A program made the position numbers and the translations under genes. Below are positions 50,583-60,579 of a stretch of 64,000 nucleotides of DNA, in pieces (within the stretch, counting starts at the first letter, position 1; every line of letters starts with the position of its first letter). Origin of the DNA: an uncultured Actinomycetes bacterium (lineage in GTDB: Bacteria > Actinomycetota > Acidimicrobiia > Spongiisociales > DATADW01); assembly GCA_963733905.1 (NCBI GenBank), contig CAVTEU010000007.1, positions 533,840-597,839 of the forward strand, given 5' to 3'. Under the pieces are notes generated by a model that was not told the origin of the DNA, did not search any database, and saw only the letters and a program-made list of their open reading frames with translations.

Positions 50583-51638
50583 GTGGCCATTGCAGACGTC
50601 GGAGAACATGAACCCGGTGCCGATAACATCTCCCCTTCGACCGGAGGACCCTTGCAGCCCCAGACCCAGACACCCACCGCCGAGAATGTCGACTGGTTCG
50701 TCGATCGTCTCTCCGCCGTGGTCTCCAACATCGAACTGGTCATACAAGGCAAGCGCGAGGCGGTGGGGCTGGTCATCACCGGTCTGATCGCCGGGGGTCA
50801 CGTGCTGGTCGAGGACGTTCCCGGGGTGGGCAAGACGCTGCTGGCCAAGTCGCTCGCCCGTTCCATCGACTGCACCTTCCGTCGCATCCAGTTCACACCC
50901 GACCTCCTCCCCTCGGACATAACCGGGGTGTCCGTGTGGGACCGCCAGACGACAGACTTCGTCTTCAAGCCGGGTGCGATCTTCGCCAACATCGTGGTCG
51001 GCGACGAGATCAACCGGGCCAGCCCCAAGACCCAGGCGGCGCTGCTCGAAGCCATGGAAGAGCGCCAGGTGACCGTCGATGGGGTGACCAGAGCTCTCGA
51101 GCCCCCTTTCATGGTCATCGCAACCCAGAACCCACTCGAGCACGAGGGGACATATCCGCTCCCCGAGGCGCAGCTCGACCGGTTCATGATGCGGATCAGC
51201 ATCGGCTACCCGAGCCGTGAGAAGGAACTGGAAATGCTCGACACCCACGGGGTGCGCTCGACGTTCGACGCCCTCGAGCCGGTGGTCACCGCCGAGGAGG
51301 TGCTGGAGATGCAGCGGGTGGCGGCGGCGATCCACGTGGCGCCCTCGGTGAAGGCCTACATCGTTGACATCGTCGAGACAACGAGATCACACGGCGACCT
51401 GTTGCTGGGGGCGTCCCCGCGCTCGGCCCTCTTCCTGCAGCGGGTGGCCCGGGTGCGGGCCGCCCTCGCCGGACGGGAGTACGTGACACCCGACGACGTC
51501 AAATCGATCGTTCACCCCGTGCTCCAGCACCGCATGGCGCTCCGACCCGAGGCACTGATGCGTGGAGCGACCGTGGGCGTGGTCGTTGACGGGGTAATGA
51601 GCCGGCTGAGGGTGCCTGGCACCCGAACCGGCAACTGA
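50583..51638 (+). CDS. MoxR-family AAA+ ATPase
   Basis: Walker A VEDVPGVGKTLLAK, FRRIQFTPDLLPSDITG, Walker B/sensor IVVGDEINRASPKTQAALLEAMEE. Confidence 0.92.
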   Translation: MAIADVGEHEPGADNISPSTGGPLQPQTQTPTAENVDWFVDRLSAVVSNIELVIQGKREAVGLVITGLIAGGHVLVEDVPGVGKTLLAKSLARSIDCTFRRIQFTPDLLPSDITGVSVWDRQTTDFVFKPGAIFANIVVGDEINRASPKTQAALLEAMEERQVTVDGVTRALEPPFMVIATQNPLEHEGTYPLPEAQLDRFMMRISIGYPSREKELEMLDTHGVRSTFDALEPVVTAEEVLEMQRVAAAIHVAPSVKAYIVDIVETTRSHGDLLLGASPRSALFLQRVARVRAALAGREYVTPDDVKSIVHPVLQHRMALRPEALMRGATVGVVVDGVMSRLRVPGTRTGN

Positions 51639-52822
51639 TGCCCACCGAGCGGGGCTGGGCAGCACTCGGGGCCGGGCTGGCGTTTTTCGTCCTTTGGTGG
51701 GGCTTCGGCGAAGCCGAGTTGCTGGCCGCTGCGGTATTCCTGGTCGGGGCGTTCCTCCTCGCATGGGCGCTGGTCCGCATGGCCCGCCGGCCGGTGGTCG
51801 TCTCCCGCAGGCTGACACCGACAGTCACCCACGAGGGAGACGTCGTCGCGGTGACACTTTCGATCGGCGGCACGGGCGGACGATCGATCTGGAACGTCGG
51901 ATTCGAGGACGAGGTGGCCGGATTGGGGACGGCCCGGTTCGTCGCGGGGTTGCTTCCCTCGGGTGAGACCTTCACCGCCGGGTACCGGATACTCGCCAAG
52001 CCCCGAGGTGTCTACCGCGTAGGGCCGGTCAGGATGAGCGTCGCTGATCCCCTGCACCTCGCCTCGTCGGTCCGGGTAGCGGGCAATGCCGACCGGCTCG
52101 TCGTGTACCCGTCGGTCGAACCGCTCGAGGGCCTCCCCCTGGTCCGAGGGCTCAACCCCGCAATGCACGCCAACCGCCCCGAGTTCAGCCACCGGGGCGG
52201 CGAGGACTTCTTCACCCTGCGCGAGTATCGGATCGGCGACGACCTCCGCCGAGTTCATTGGCCGAGCTCGGCGAAGCGCGACGAGCTCATGATCCGCCAA
52301 CTGGAAACCCCGTGGCAGTCGCGTGCGCTGGTTCTGCTCGATGTGAGACGCTCCAGCTACGAGAGTCGGGCCGCATTCGAACGAGCCGTGTCCGGAGCGG
52401 CTTCGACAATGCTCCACCTGCGACGCCATGGGTTCGACTGCGATCTGTGGGCCGGTCCAACGGACGTGGCCGGCGCCGAGGTCGATGCTCACCCCCGCTC
52501 GATGGAGCTGCTGGCGGTGGTCGACTGGGTCGACGACATCGATCTGCGGTCGCTCGCCCTGCGAATACGGACCGAGGGGGCGGGTGGAGCACTCGTCCTG
52601 GCCACCGGTGTCGCCGACGACGACCTGGCCGCGGTGCGCCAGCTTCTGTCACCCGAATTCGGGGCGACGGTGCTTCTCTCGGTCACCTCATCCCAGGCAG
52701 CGGAGACGGTGCAGTTCCAGCGCGCCGGGGCGGTGACCGTGGTGGTTCCCCCAGATGGCTCATTGGCCGATGCTTGGCGACTGGCAATCGAGGCTACGTG
52801 GTCTACCGCACCAGTCGGCTGA
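51638..52822 (+). CDS. DUF58 (vWA-like) protein
   Basis: Two N-terminal TM segments and the DUF58 signature FFTLREYRIGDDLRRVHWPSSAKRDELMIRQ. Confidence 0.88.
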   Translation: MPTERGWAALGAGLAFFVLWWGFGEAELLAAAVFLVGAFLLAWALVRMARRPVVVSRRLTPTVTHEGDVVAVTLSIGGTGGRSIWNVGFEDEVAGLGTARFVAGLLPSGETFTAGYRILAKPRGVYRVGPVRMSVADPLHLASSVRVAGNADRLVVYPSVEPLEGLPLVRGLNPAMHANRPEFSHRGGEDFFTLREYRIGDDLRRVHWPSSAKRDELMIRQLETPWQSRALVLLDVRRSSYESRAAFERAVSGAASTMLHLRRHGFDCDLWAGPTDVAGAEVDAHPRSMELLAVVDWVDDIDLRSLALRIRTEGAGGALVLATGVADDDLAAVRQLLSPEFGATVLLSVTSSQAAETVQFQRAGAVTVVVPPDGSLADAWRLAIEATWSTAPVG

Positions 52823-55116
52823 TAGGCGCCGTCGCCATCGCATTGGCGCTACTCCGCCTCATGGCGGTGGTGAGCCCCACAGAGACCGGCGCCCCCTGGC
52901 AGCTCGTGGTCGGGACGGCTGCACTACTCGCCGCCGGCATCACCTGGGCGGCTATCGCCTACCGGTCACCTGCCTGGGTCGTGATCCTGGCCAACGCCGC
53001 CGGTCTGGCGATCATGGTCACCAGGGTGGCGGCACCAGATACGGCCATCCTTGGGATCTTCCCCGGGTCGGACACTCCCGCCGCGCTCCTCCCCGAGCTC
53101 ACCGTCGCCGTCGAGTTGGCCCGATTCGCTGGCCCGCCGTTGGTGCCCGTGGCTGGGCTGGTGGCGTTGCTGGTGGTGCTTTTCTGGATCATGGGGGCGC
53201 TCCTGGTCTGGGGGACGGCGGTGCGCCGGCCGCTGCTCGGGCTGGTCCCGCCTTTGCTCCTCGGGCTCCAGCTGGCCACCGTCGACCGGCTGCCGGCTCG
53301 GCCGATATGGATCGTGGCGGGCATCGCAGTCATCGCAGCGGCACTCGCCGCCGTGGCCCACGATGAGCGTATGGCGGGATCCGGCCGGTTGCGCCGGCCG
53401 ACCGGTCAGACGGCGCCGGCCGAGGACCCCGGGATGCTGACCGCCTTCACAGGGATCACCGCGGCGCTGGCGCTGATCGGCGCCGTCACCCTCGCCCCGG
53501 CGGTCCCCGCAGAGGGCAGCCTGGAATGGCGAACGAGAGGACCGCTGGGGTCCGGGGTCTTCGGCGGCGTCTCCTACAACCTCTTTGCAGGGATCCAACA
53601 GACACTGGTGGAGCAGTCCGAAGTGCCGCTCTTCCGCGCTGCGGTGTCGGGTGACGTACCGCCCAATGAGCTCTATTGGCGGCTGATCACACTCGACACC
53701 TTCGACGGCTCGCAGTGGCGACCGAGCGAGCAGCCTGCACACCACCCAGAGGTAGGTGACCCCTTCGAAGATGCTCGACTCGCCTTCCGGGGGCGGACCA
53801 CCGAGGTCCGCCAGGTCGTGGTTGTCGACAACCTGCGCCAGTCGTACCTGCCGATTCTCTACTCCCCGGTCGCATTCGGGAGTGAAGAGGAGTTGCTACG
53901 CCGCAGCTTCTCGGTGAGGCCCGACGGCTCGATCCGCTACGACCTGTTGAGCCGGCCAGGGCTCACCTACGAAGCGGCGTCTCTTCTGCCAAGCCCGACA
54001 CTGTCGGCCCTGGCCACCGTGGACGGCGAGTTCTCTCCCATGTTCGCCGAGGCCGCCGAGGCCGGGGAGTTCGACGGCGAGCCGGTCCTCGACGGCCCCG
54101 ACAACCGCCCGGGGGCGGTCGCCCCCTTCCTCGAGCTTCCCGAGCTCGACCCTCGTATCGCCCGGGCCGCCGCCAACCTCACCTCAGGGGCAACGACCGA
54201 TTTCGAGAAGGGGGTGCTTCTCGAGCGATTCTTCCGTGACGAAGAGCTTTTCACCTACACCGTCGACATCGACCCCGGACACTCCGCCGAAGACCTCGCC
54301 GACTGGCTGTTCACGGACACGAGTCCCAACTTCCGGCAGGGGTATTGCGAACAGTTCGCCACCGCCATGGCCGTGATGGCCCGGACTGTGGACGTGCCCA
54401 GCCGGGTGGTCCTCGGGTTCACGCCGGGCGAGACGGATGCAGACGGCGTCGTCACCGTTCGGCAGAAGAACGCCCATGCATGGGTGGAACTCTGGATGGA
54501 CGGGCAGGGTTGGGTCCGGTTCGACCCCACACCGCGCAGTGACGGGGTGAACCCGGCCACCACGGCCGAGATGGGGTTCGATCCCTTCCGGTACGTGGCC
54601 GACCCGGAGACAAACGAAACAGGGGGGAGCCCAGGTGGCCCGTCGATCCCCAATCTCACCGAGCTTCTCGACCGCGCCGGCCAGTTGGAGATCCCGGATG
54701 TCTCGCCAACCGGCGGGGCGGTGCCCGGTGGAGTCGAACTACCGGTCTGGTCCTGGGTGCTCGGGGCGCTCGCCCTGATCGTGGCGGTCATCCCGGCGAT
54801 CAAGCTGGTCAGGCGCAGACGCCGGATGGCGCGGTTGGAGCGGGGTGACATCTCCGCTGCCTGGGAGCAGATCGTGGATCATCTCGGCGACCTGGGCAAC
54901 CCTGTACCCGAGCACCTCACCCCGATGGAGGTCGCCGCCGGTGTTGGGCCCGCGATGCGCCCCCTGGCCGAGGTCTACACCGCAGCCACCTTTGGTCCCG
55001 GGGATGTGCGGAGAGGCGATGTCGGTCGGGCTGTCGAATCGATGCGCAGCACCCAGCTTCACCTCAAGCGCACCCACACCAGGTGGCAACGCTTCCTGGG
55101 CTGGCTCAGACCGTAG
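52798..55116 (+). CDS. transglutaminase-domain membrane protein (TgpA-like)
   Basis: The GTG at 52798 overlaps the end of the DUF58 gene. Multi-TM N-terminus. Transglutaminase core GYCEQFATAMAVMAR...HAWVELWMDGQGWVRFDPT, then a C-terminal TM. The first 180 aa of tracked ORF 52258..55116 overlap the DUF58 gene out of frame. Confidence 0.88.
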   Translation: MVYRTSRLIGAVAIALALLRLMAVVSPTETGAPWQLVVGTAALLAAGITWAAIAYRSPAWVVILANAAGLAIMVTRVAAPDTAILGIFPGSDTPAALLPELTVAVELARFAGPPLVPVAGLVALLVVLFWIMGALLVWGTAVRRPLLGLVPPLLLGLQLATVDRLPARPIWIVAGIAVIAAALAAVAHDERMAGSGRLRRPTGQTAPAEDPGMLTAFTGITAALALIGAVTLAPAVPAEGSLEWRTRGPLGSGVFGGVSYNLFAGIQQTLVEQSEVPLFRAAVSGDVPPNELYWRLITLDTFDGSQWRPSEQPAHHPEVGDPFEDARLAFRGRTTEVRQVVVVDNLRQSYLPILYSPVAFGSEEELLRRSFSVRPDGSIRYDLLSRPGLTYEAASLLPSPTLSALATVDGEFSPMFAEAAEAGEFDGEPVLDGPDNRPGAVAPFLELPELDPRIARAAANLTSGATTDFEKGVLLERFFRDEELFTYTVDIDPGHSAEDLADWLFTDTSPNFRQGYCEQFATAMAVMARTVDVPSRVVLGFTPGETDADGVVTVRQKNAHAWVELWMDGQGWVRFDPTPRSDGVNPATTAEMGFDPFRYVADPETNETGGSPGGPSIPNLTELLDRAGQLEIPDVSPTGGAVPGGVELPVWSWVLGALALIVAVIPAIKLVRRRRRMARLERGDISAAWEQIVDHLGDLGNPVPEHLTPMEVAAGVGPAMRPLAEVYTAATFGPGDVRRGDVGRAVESMRSTQLHLKRTHTRWQRFLGWLRP

Positions 55117-55119
55117 AGC

Positions 55120-55641
55120 TCAGCCGCTGGCGGCCTCGCCACCCAACTCGGTGGCTACCTCGTCCTCGCTGCGCCGCAGGATCTCGAGAAAGCGTTCCCT
55201 GTCCAACTCGAAGCGGGTGACGTCTTCCTCGACCGATCGGGTGATCTCGTCGATGGCGACGAAGAAGGCCAGCTGACCCTCGCGCAGGGCGTCGAGGAGC
55301 TGGTCGTCGTTGGCCGCCACCCGAAAGATGGTCTGGCCGTCGGTGACGAGCTTCACCTCGGAGAGATGGCTCTCCATGTCGGCCTCGCGCCGCAGGTATC
55401 CCCAGGCGCGGCGCACCCGCTGGACCGACATGCCCTGGTCGAGGAGGCTCCTGACCACGCGCAGCGCCACCAGGTCGCGGAAGCTGTAGAGACGACGAAC
55501 CCCCGGCCTGCCCCGCGTGCTCTGCACACTGGGGCGGAGCAGATCGACCCGGTCCCAATAACGCAATTGATGATGAGTGCAGCCAGTCAATGCTGACGCC
55601 TGCTGCGCCGTGAAACCTTGCTCCACCGCTCTCCCCAACAA
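55120..55641 (-). CDS. MerR family transcriptional regulator
   Basis: N-terminal HTH FTAQQASALTGCTHHQLRYWDRVDLL...YSFRDLVALRVV. The start may be the TTG at 55641 or the GTG a few codons in. Confidence 0.85.
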   Translation of the reverse strand: MLGRAVEQGFTAQQASALTGCTHHQLRYWDRVDLLRPSVQSTRGRPGVRRLYSFRDLVALRVVRSLLDQGMSVQRVRRAWGYLRREADMESHLSEVKLVTDGQTIFRVAANDDQLLDALREGQLAFFVAIDEITRSVEEDVTRFELDRERFLEILRRSEDEVATELGGEAASG

Positions 55642-55668
55642 AAAGTGTCACGCGGCGCAGACGCCGCC
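55637..55668 (-). terminator. possible intrinsic terminator downstream of the DUF3040 gene
   Basis: On the minus strand: GCGGCG-TCTG-CGCCGC, followed by GTGACACTTTTTGTT. Confidence 0.35.
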
Positions 55669-55756
55669 CCTCCGCCAAACCCCCGGGGCCCGGAATCACC
55701 TCGAGAGGCTCACCCGACGTCAAGGGGGGCGGCCACTCTACCCACAGCCGACCGCC

Positions 55757-56107
55757 TCAGGATCGTCTAAAGGGCCACTTCCTGCGGAAGCGGGAAAACC
55801 AATCTTCCGACGGTGCATCCTGTTGCCCGCGATCGCTGTTGTGTCTTCGAAGTCTGATCGCCTGGACCATCGCCGTCGCCGAAATCACCATGACGACGAA
55901 GCCGATTGCTGCCACCCACGACGCCTGAGTGAAGGTGAGAAGCATCAACGCGGCACCGGCGACGAGGCCGACGGCTGCCATTTTCGGTCCGAGACGTGGG
56001 CGGCTACGGGTGATGTCGCGGACGGCCTTGGCCAGCTGAGGATCTTCCTCATAGAACTGACGCTCGATCTCAGCGAGGATGCGCTGCTCTCTCTCGTCCA
56101 GCGGCAT
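55757..56107 (-). CDS. DUF3040 family membrane protein
   Basis: MPLDEREQRILAEIERQFYEEDPQLAKAV N-terminus followed by two TM helices. Confidence 0.8.
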   Translation of the reverse strand: MPLDEREQRILAEIERQFYEEDPQLAKAVRDITRSRPRLGPKMAAVGLVAGAALMLLTFTQASWVAAIGFVVMVISATAMVQAIRLRRHNSDRGQQDAPSEDWFSRFRRKWPFRRS

Positions 56108-56268
56108 TGGGCGCTCCGAAACGATCCAGTCCTTACGAAGTCCGCATTGTACAACGGAAGCCTTCTTGAGGAACCGGGCGAGTCGCTCCCTCGGGAGAGA
56201 AATGCAAGTCGAGTGACCGGTATCGTGCCGCCATCGCCGACCTGGTCCACCTCGTTCGCCACGCAGAG

Positions 56269-56823
56269 GTGCTCAACCCCGACCGGATCGTCTATGGCCG
56301 GCTCGCCGGGTTCGGACTGAGCGACGAGGGTCGGGCACAGGCTGTTTCCTGTGCCCGACGTTTACGGAGCCGGCCGGTCTCCGCGGTTTGGGCATCACCC
56401 CTGCAGCGTGCGTTGGAGACGGCGGCCGCCATCGCCCGCGAGCATCTGCTCCCTGTGCGGGTTGACCCGCGGCTAACCGAGTGGCTCCTGGCCGACGGTT
56501 GGGAGGGGGCGGCATGGGGCGAGCTGGCATCCGTCCGGCCGGGTGAGCTCGAGGCATATCTGGCCGGTCCGGCCGACCTCCCCTTCTCCGCAGAGAGCCT
56601 CGACCAGCTGGCCCGACGGGTTGGCAATGCGGTGATCGAGCTCGAACAGCGACATCCCGCTGGTGAACTGGTCGTGGTCGGTCACCAGGACCCCACGCAG
56701 GCGGCTCGACTCTGGCTCACAGGACGTCCCCTGACCGGGTTGCACGTGGACAAGCCGGAACACGCCAGCATCATCTCGCTTCGCCCCGGGGACCCCTGGG
56801 TCGAGGTGGATGTGCGGCCCTAG
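56269..56823 (+). CDS. histidine phosphatase (phosphoglycerate mutase-like) family protein, N-terminus unresolved
   Basis: The catalytic RHxE motif (DLVHLVRHAEV) lies in frame just upstream of the tracked start, but with no ATG/GTG/TTG in that frame. A GTG at about 56214-56225 in the adjacent frame suggests another indel. Confidence 0.7.
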   Translation: MLNPDRIVYGRLAGFGLSDEGRAQAVSCARRLRSRPVSAVWASPLQRALETAAAIAREHLLPVRVDPRLTEWLLADGWEGAAWGELASVRPGELEAYLAGPADLPFSAESLDQLARRVGNAVIELEQRHPAGELVVVGHQDPTQAARLWLTGRPLTGLHVDKPEHASIISLRPGDPWVEVDVRP

Positions 56824-56837
56824 GGCGACATACCACA

Positions 56838-57614
56838 ATGTCCACCATGGCCCCGTTCGTGGTCGGCGCGATTTTTGGACTCTCGGCCCTGATGTGGGCG
56901 CTCCGCCTGGCTCTGCCCGGCAGCTCGCTCTCGTCGCAGTCTGCCGCGCTCCTCGGCCTCGATGTTCTGTTGGTGGCGACCGTGGCACTCACCGGGCTGC
57001 TGGTGGCCCATGGACGGTGGGCTCGTCGGCTTGGGTGGGCGGTCTTTGTACTCCAGGGAGCGGCTGCCGCGCTCACCGAGCCCGACGCCGTGTGGTGGTC
57101 GGCGCTGGCCATCTCGGCCGTCGGTGTAGTGGCATGGACCGGCCCGTGGCTCCAGGGGTGGGTCCGCCAGCTTCCCGCCGCCGCCGGCCCTCCGGCTCGT
57201 GCCGTGCTGCTCGCGCTGGGGCTGCTACTGCTTCCTGCGGTCGTGGCATTGACCAACCCGGTTGGGCCGGGGTGGGAGGGGTGGCTGCTTGCGGTCGCCT
57301 CGATCGCCCTCGCCTATCTCTACGCCAAGGCGGTCACGGCGGCACTCTGGGTGCTCCGGATCGGTCTCGTGGTGCTCGCCATGCCCGCCGTCCTGGCCGC
57401 ACCCCCATGGGGCGGTGTCGCCCTGGCGGCGGCGGTGACGGGTCTCGTCTCCGTCTCCTGGACGGCGGACGTGAGGCTGGCAGTGGCGCCCCTGGTCCCC
57501 TCGCCGTCGCAACCGGGCCCGGTGGAAGTGGTTCGAGACGAGCTGCCCCCGCCTGCTCCGCTCGTTCTGCCTCGACCCCGGCTCCGCCGCCGAGACCAAG
57601 GCGGGACGACTTGA
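56838..57614 (+). CDS. hypothetical polytopic membrane protein
   Basis: 258-aa ORF with about 7 hydrophobic segments. No family recognised. Confidence 0.5.
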   Translation: MSTMAPFVVGAIFGLSALMWALRLALPGSSLSSQSAALLGLDVLLVATVALTGLLVAHGRWARRLGWAVFVLQGAAAALTEPDAVWWSALAISAVGVVAWTGPWLQGWVRQLPAAAGPPARAVLLALGLLLLPAVVALTNPVGPGWEGWLLAVASIALAYLYAKAVTAALWVLRIGLVVLAMPAVLAAPPWGGVALAAAVTGLVSVSWTADVRLAVAPLVPSPSQPGPVEVVRDELPPPAPLVLPRPRLRRRDQGGTT

Positions 57615-57856
57615 CCGGTAGGCGCCGGACTCCGAACCCCTGGGTCGCCATCCCTGTTGTGGCAGGCGCCCTATTGGGTGCGGTTCTCGGCTACACCGTG
57701 ACCGGGGTCAACTGTCTTCCCGAGCGGTGCCCGACCACCGCGGTGTTGGTCGCCGTCATCTCAGCGCTTGCGGCAGGTGCCGGTGTCCTGGTTGTGGTGG
57801 TCCTCGCCTACCGCTCGATTGCTGAGTGGCGACAGGGCGGCCGATCGGGCAGTTGA
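57611..57856 (+). CDS. possible small two-TM membrane protein
   Basis: Tail of tracked ORF 56810..57856 (NPWVAIPVVAGALLGAVLGYTV...AVLVAVISALAAGAGVLVVVVLAY). TTG start guessed. Confidence 0.3.
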   Translation: MTGRRRTPNPWVAIPVVAGALLGAVLGYTVTGVNCLPERCPTTAVLVAVISALAAGAGVLVVVVLAYRSIAEWRQGGRSGS

Positions 57857-57857
57857 G

Positions 57858-58232
57858 TCACGGAGAGACGAGCGGACTTGCATGGCGAGCCACCAGCCGC
57901 CATCCGTCGCCTCCCCGCACCCAGATGTCGGTCATGACGAATACACCGGTGCGGCTCCTCCCGTCCATGGAGGCTCGCTGCCAGAGGCGGCTCCTCACCA
58001 CGGCGACCATCCCGTGATCGTCCACCTCGAGCCGTTCGATCCGGTAGCTCTCCACCTGATATCGGTTGGCGGTTATGTCGAGGTATTCCTCACGGCCCCG
58101 TTGCTCGGCCCCTTCCCGACCGGTCACCAGCACAAAACGCTCGTCGAGCAGAGCATCGATCATCTCAAGGTCGGTGTTGGCAACGGCGTCTTGGAGGCGT
58201 CGTGTCAGTTCGGCTGCGGGATGCATAGCCAT
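57858..58232 (-). CDS. SnoaL/DUF4440-like NTF2-fold protein
   Basis: 124 aa from the ATG at 58232 (MAMHPAAELTRRLQDAVANTDLEMIDALLDERFVLV...WRLVARHASP). Confidence 0.55.
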   Translation of the reverse strand: MAMHPAAELTRRLQDAVANTDLEMIDALLDERFVLVTGREGAEQRGREEYLDITANRYQVESYRIERLEVDDHGMVAVVRSRLWQRASMDGRSRTGVFVMTDIWVRGGDGWRLVARHASPLVSP

Positions 58233-58258
58233 GATGTCCCCGTTAAGGCCGAGGGTGC

Positions 58259-59551
58259 TCAGCCCTCGTGCCTGGCGAGGACCAGGGCGACATTGTGGCC
58301 GCCGAACCCGAAGGAGTTGCTCATTGCGATGTCCACGTCGGCAGGTCGGGCCGTGTTGGGGACGTAGTCCAGGTCGCATTCCGGGTCTGGCGTCTCGTAG
58401 TTGATCGTCGGCGGGATCATGCCGTCGCGGATGGCGAGGATGCACACGATCGCCTCCACCGCTCCCGCTCCCCCGAGGAGATGCCCGGTCATCGACTTTG
58501 TAGACGACACCGGGGTCGTCGCCGCCTCCTCGCCCAGCGCCAGTTTGATCGCCCCCGTCTCGGTCACGTCGTTGGCTTCGGTCGACGTCCCATGGGCGTT
58601 GATGTAGTCGATGTCACCCGGGGCAACCGATGCGTCCTTCATCGCCTGCTTCATGGCGAGGGCGGCGCCGCTTCCTCCGGGCCTGGGGAGGGTGACATGG
58701 AAGGCGTCGGTGGACATGCCGTAACCGGTCACCTCGGCGTAGATACGGGCGCCTCGGGCGATGGCACGCTCTCGTTCCTCGAGCACCAATGCGCCGGCCC
58801 CCTCCCCCATCACGAACCCGTCCCGGTTGGCCTCGAAGGGGCGCGATGCCGCTTCCGGGTCGTCATTGCGGGTGCTGAGGGCGCGGGCCTGGTTGAAGGT
58901 GGCGATGCCAAAGTCGCAGATGCACGCCTCGGAGCCGCCGGCCAGCGCCACGTCGGCGGCACCCCGGCGGATCACCTCGGTCGCCTCGCCGATGGCATTG
59001 GCCGAGGCGGCGCAGGCAGTGACCGTGCAGTTGCTCGGCCCCAGTATCCCGAACCGTATCGCCGCCAGGCCCGCACCCATGTTGGGGATGGTCTTCGGTG
59101 TGCCATAAGGGCTGATCCGGTGCGGACCTCTGGTGCGCAGCATGTCGATCTCGTCGATGAAACTCTGCATCCCGCCGAACCCGACACCGCTCACCACCGC
59201 GGCGCGCTCGCCGGTGTCGGGGTCGTCGAGGAACGAACTGATTCCGGCGTCGGCCATCGCCTGGTCGCAGGCGGCGAGGAACAACTGGTTGGTGCGGTCG
59301 ATCCGCTTGAGCTCACGGCGGTCGAAATGCGCCTCGGGGTCGAAACCCTTGACCTCGGCGGCGATCTGGGTGTCCAGATCCGAGGTGTCGAAGGTGGTGA
59401 TCATCCCGACGCCGCTGTGACCCTCCAGGGCGGCCTTCCAGAAGGCGTCCACGTCGAGTCCCAGCGGGTTGACCGTCCCGATGCCGGTCACTACGACACG
59501 TCGCCGCTCCGCCCCGGCTGCGCTCCCTCCGCCCCGGTCCGATGGCGACAT
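58259..59551 (-). CDS. fabF: beta-ketoacyl-ACP synthase II
   Basis: 430-aa ORF with VVVTGIGTVNPLG, active-site NCTVTACAASANAIG, and YINAHGTSTEANDV and GHLLGGAGAVE. Confidence 0.93.
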   Translation of the reverse strand: MSPSDRGGGSAAGAERRRVVVTGIGTVNPLGLDVDAFWKAALEGHSGVGMITTFDTSDLDTQIAAEVKGFDPEAHFDRRELKRIDRTNQLFLAACDQAMADAGISSFLDDPDTGERAAVVSGVGFGGMQSFIDEIDMLRTRGPHRISPYGTPKTIPNMGAGLAAIRFGILGPSNCTVTACAASANAIGEATEVIRRGAADVALAGGSEACICDFGIATFNQARALSTRNDDPEAASRPFEANRDGFVMGEGAGALVLEERERAIARGARIYAEVTGYGMSTDAFHVTLPRPGGSGAALAMKQAMKDASVAPGDIDYINAHGTSTEANDVTETGAIKLALGEEAATTPVSSTKSMTGHLLGGAGAVEAIVCILAIRDGMIPPTINYETPDPECDLDYVPNTARPADVDIAMSNSFGFGGHNVALVLARHEG

Positions 59552-59559
59552 TCCCTGCC

Positions 59560-59805
59560 TCAGCCCGCCAACTTCGCCTCGAGGAGGTCGACGGTCTCTC
59601 CGACGGTGCGGATGTCCTCAGCCTCCTCGTCGGGGATCTTCACCCCGAAGGCATCTTCGAGTGCCATGAGCAGTTCGACCACCCCGAGCGAATCGATCTC
59701 GAGATCGTCCTCGAGGTCGGCTTCCATGGTGATCTGGTTCTCGTCGAGGCCGAGCTCCTCGACCAAGACCTTGGTTAGCCGACTCTCGATCTCGGAACGG
59801 TCCAT
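59560..59805 (-). CDS. acpP: acyl carrier protein
   Basis: 81-aa ORF with the phosphopantetheine site LEIDSLGVVELLMALED. Confidence 0.93.
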   Translation of the reverse strand: MDRSEIESRLTKVLVEELGLDENQITMEADLEDDLEIDSLGVVELLMALEDAFGVKIPDEEAEDIRTVGETVDLLEAKLAG

Positions 59806-59838
59806 CCCTCTTCTCCTGTCCTATCGCCGGCGGGCAGC

Positions 59839-60579
59839 CTACAGCGCCAACCCTCCGTCCACGACGAGGATGTGGCCGTTTACGTAGGCGGCCTCGTCGC
59901 CGCACAGGTATGCCACAGCCGAGGCCACCTCGTCCGCAGTGCCAAACCGACCGGCGGCCACCGAGTCCACCGCCCGCTGCCGTGCCTCGTCGGGAATGTC
60001 CGCCGTCATCTCGGTGTCGATGAATCCCGGTGCCACCACGTTGACGGTGATCCCCCTCGAGCCGACCTCCTTGGCCACCGACCTGGTGAACCCGATGATG
60101 GCGGCCTTGGAGGCGGCGTAATTGGCTTGCCCGGGGTTGCCGGCCAACCCGGCGACCGACCCGATCGAGACCACCCTGCCAAACTTCCTTCTGAGCATCC
60201 CGCGCAGGGCCGCCCTCGTGCAGAGGTAGACGGAGCGCAGGTTGACCGTGAGCACCTCGTCCCAGACTTCTGGTCGCATCCTCAGCAGGAGCTCGTCGCG
60301 GGTGATCCCGGCGTTGTTGACCAGGATCTCCACCGGCCCGAACCGATCGGTGGTCTCGGCGAACAGCGCCTGGACCGAATCGGCGTCGGCGACGTCGGCG
60401 CCGACCGCAACCGCCTGGCCCCCGGCGCCCGTTATGGCATCAACGACCTCGTCGGCGGCGTCGGCCCGTTTGGCAAAGTTGACCACCACCCTGGCGCCGG
60501 CTGCTGCCAGTCGAAGGCTCACGGCGCGCCCGATTCCGCGGGAACCACCGGTGACCAGGGCCACCCGCCCCGGCGTCAC
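59839..60579 (-). CDS. fabG: 3-oxoacyl-ACP reductase
   Basis: SDR motifs TGGSRGIGRA, NNAGI and YAASKAA. 246 aa. Confidence 0.9.
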   Translation of the reverse strand: MTPGRVALVTGGSRGIGRAVSLRLAAAGARVVVNFAKRADAADEVVDAITGAGGQAVAVGADVADADSVQALFAETTDRFGPVEILVNNAGITRDELLLRMRPEVWDEVLTVNLRSVYLCTRAALRGMLRRKFGRVVSIGSVAGLAGNPGQANYAASKAAIIGFTRSVAKEVGSRGITVNVVAPGFIDTEMTADIPDEARQRAVDSVAAGRFGTADEVASAVAYLCGDEAAYVNGHILVVDGGLAL

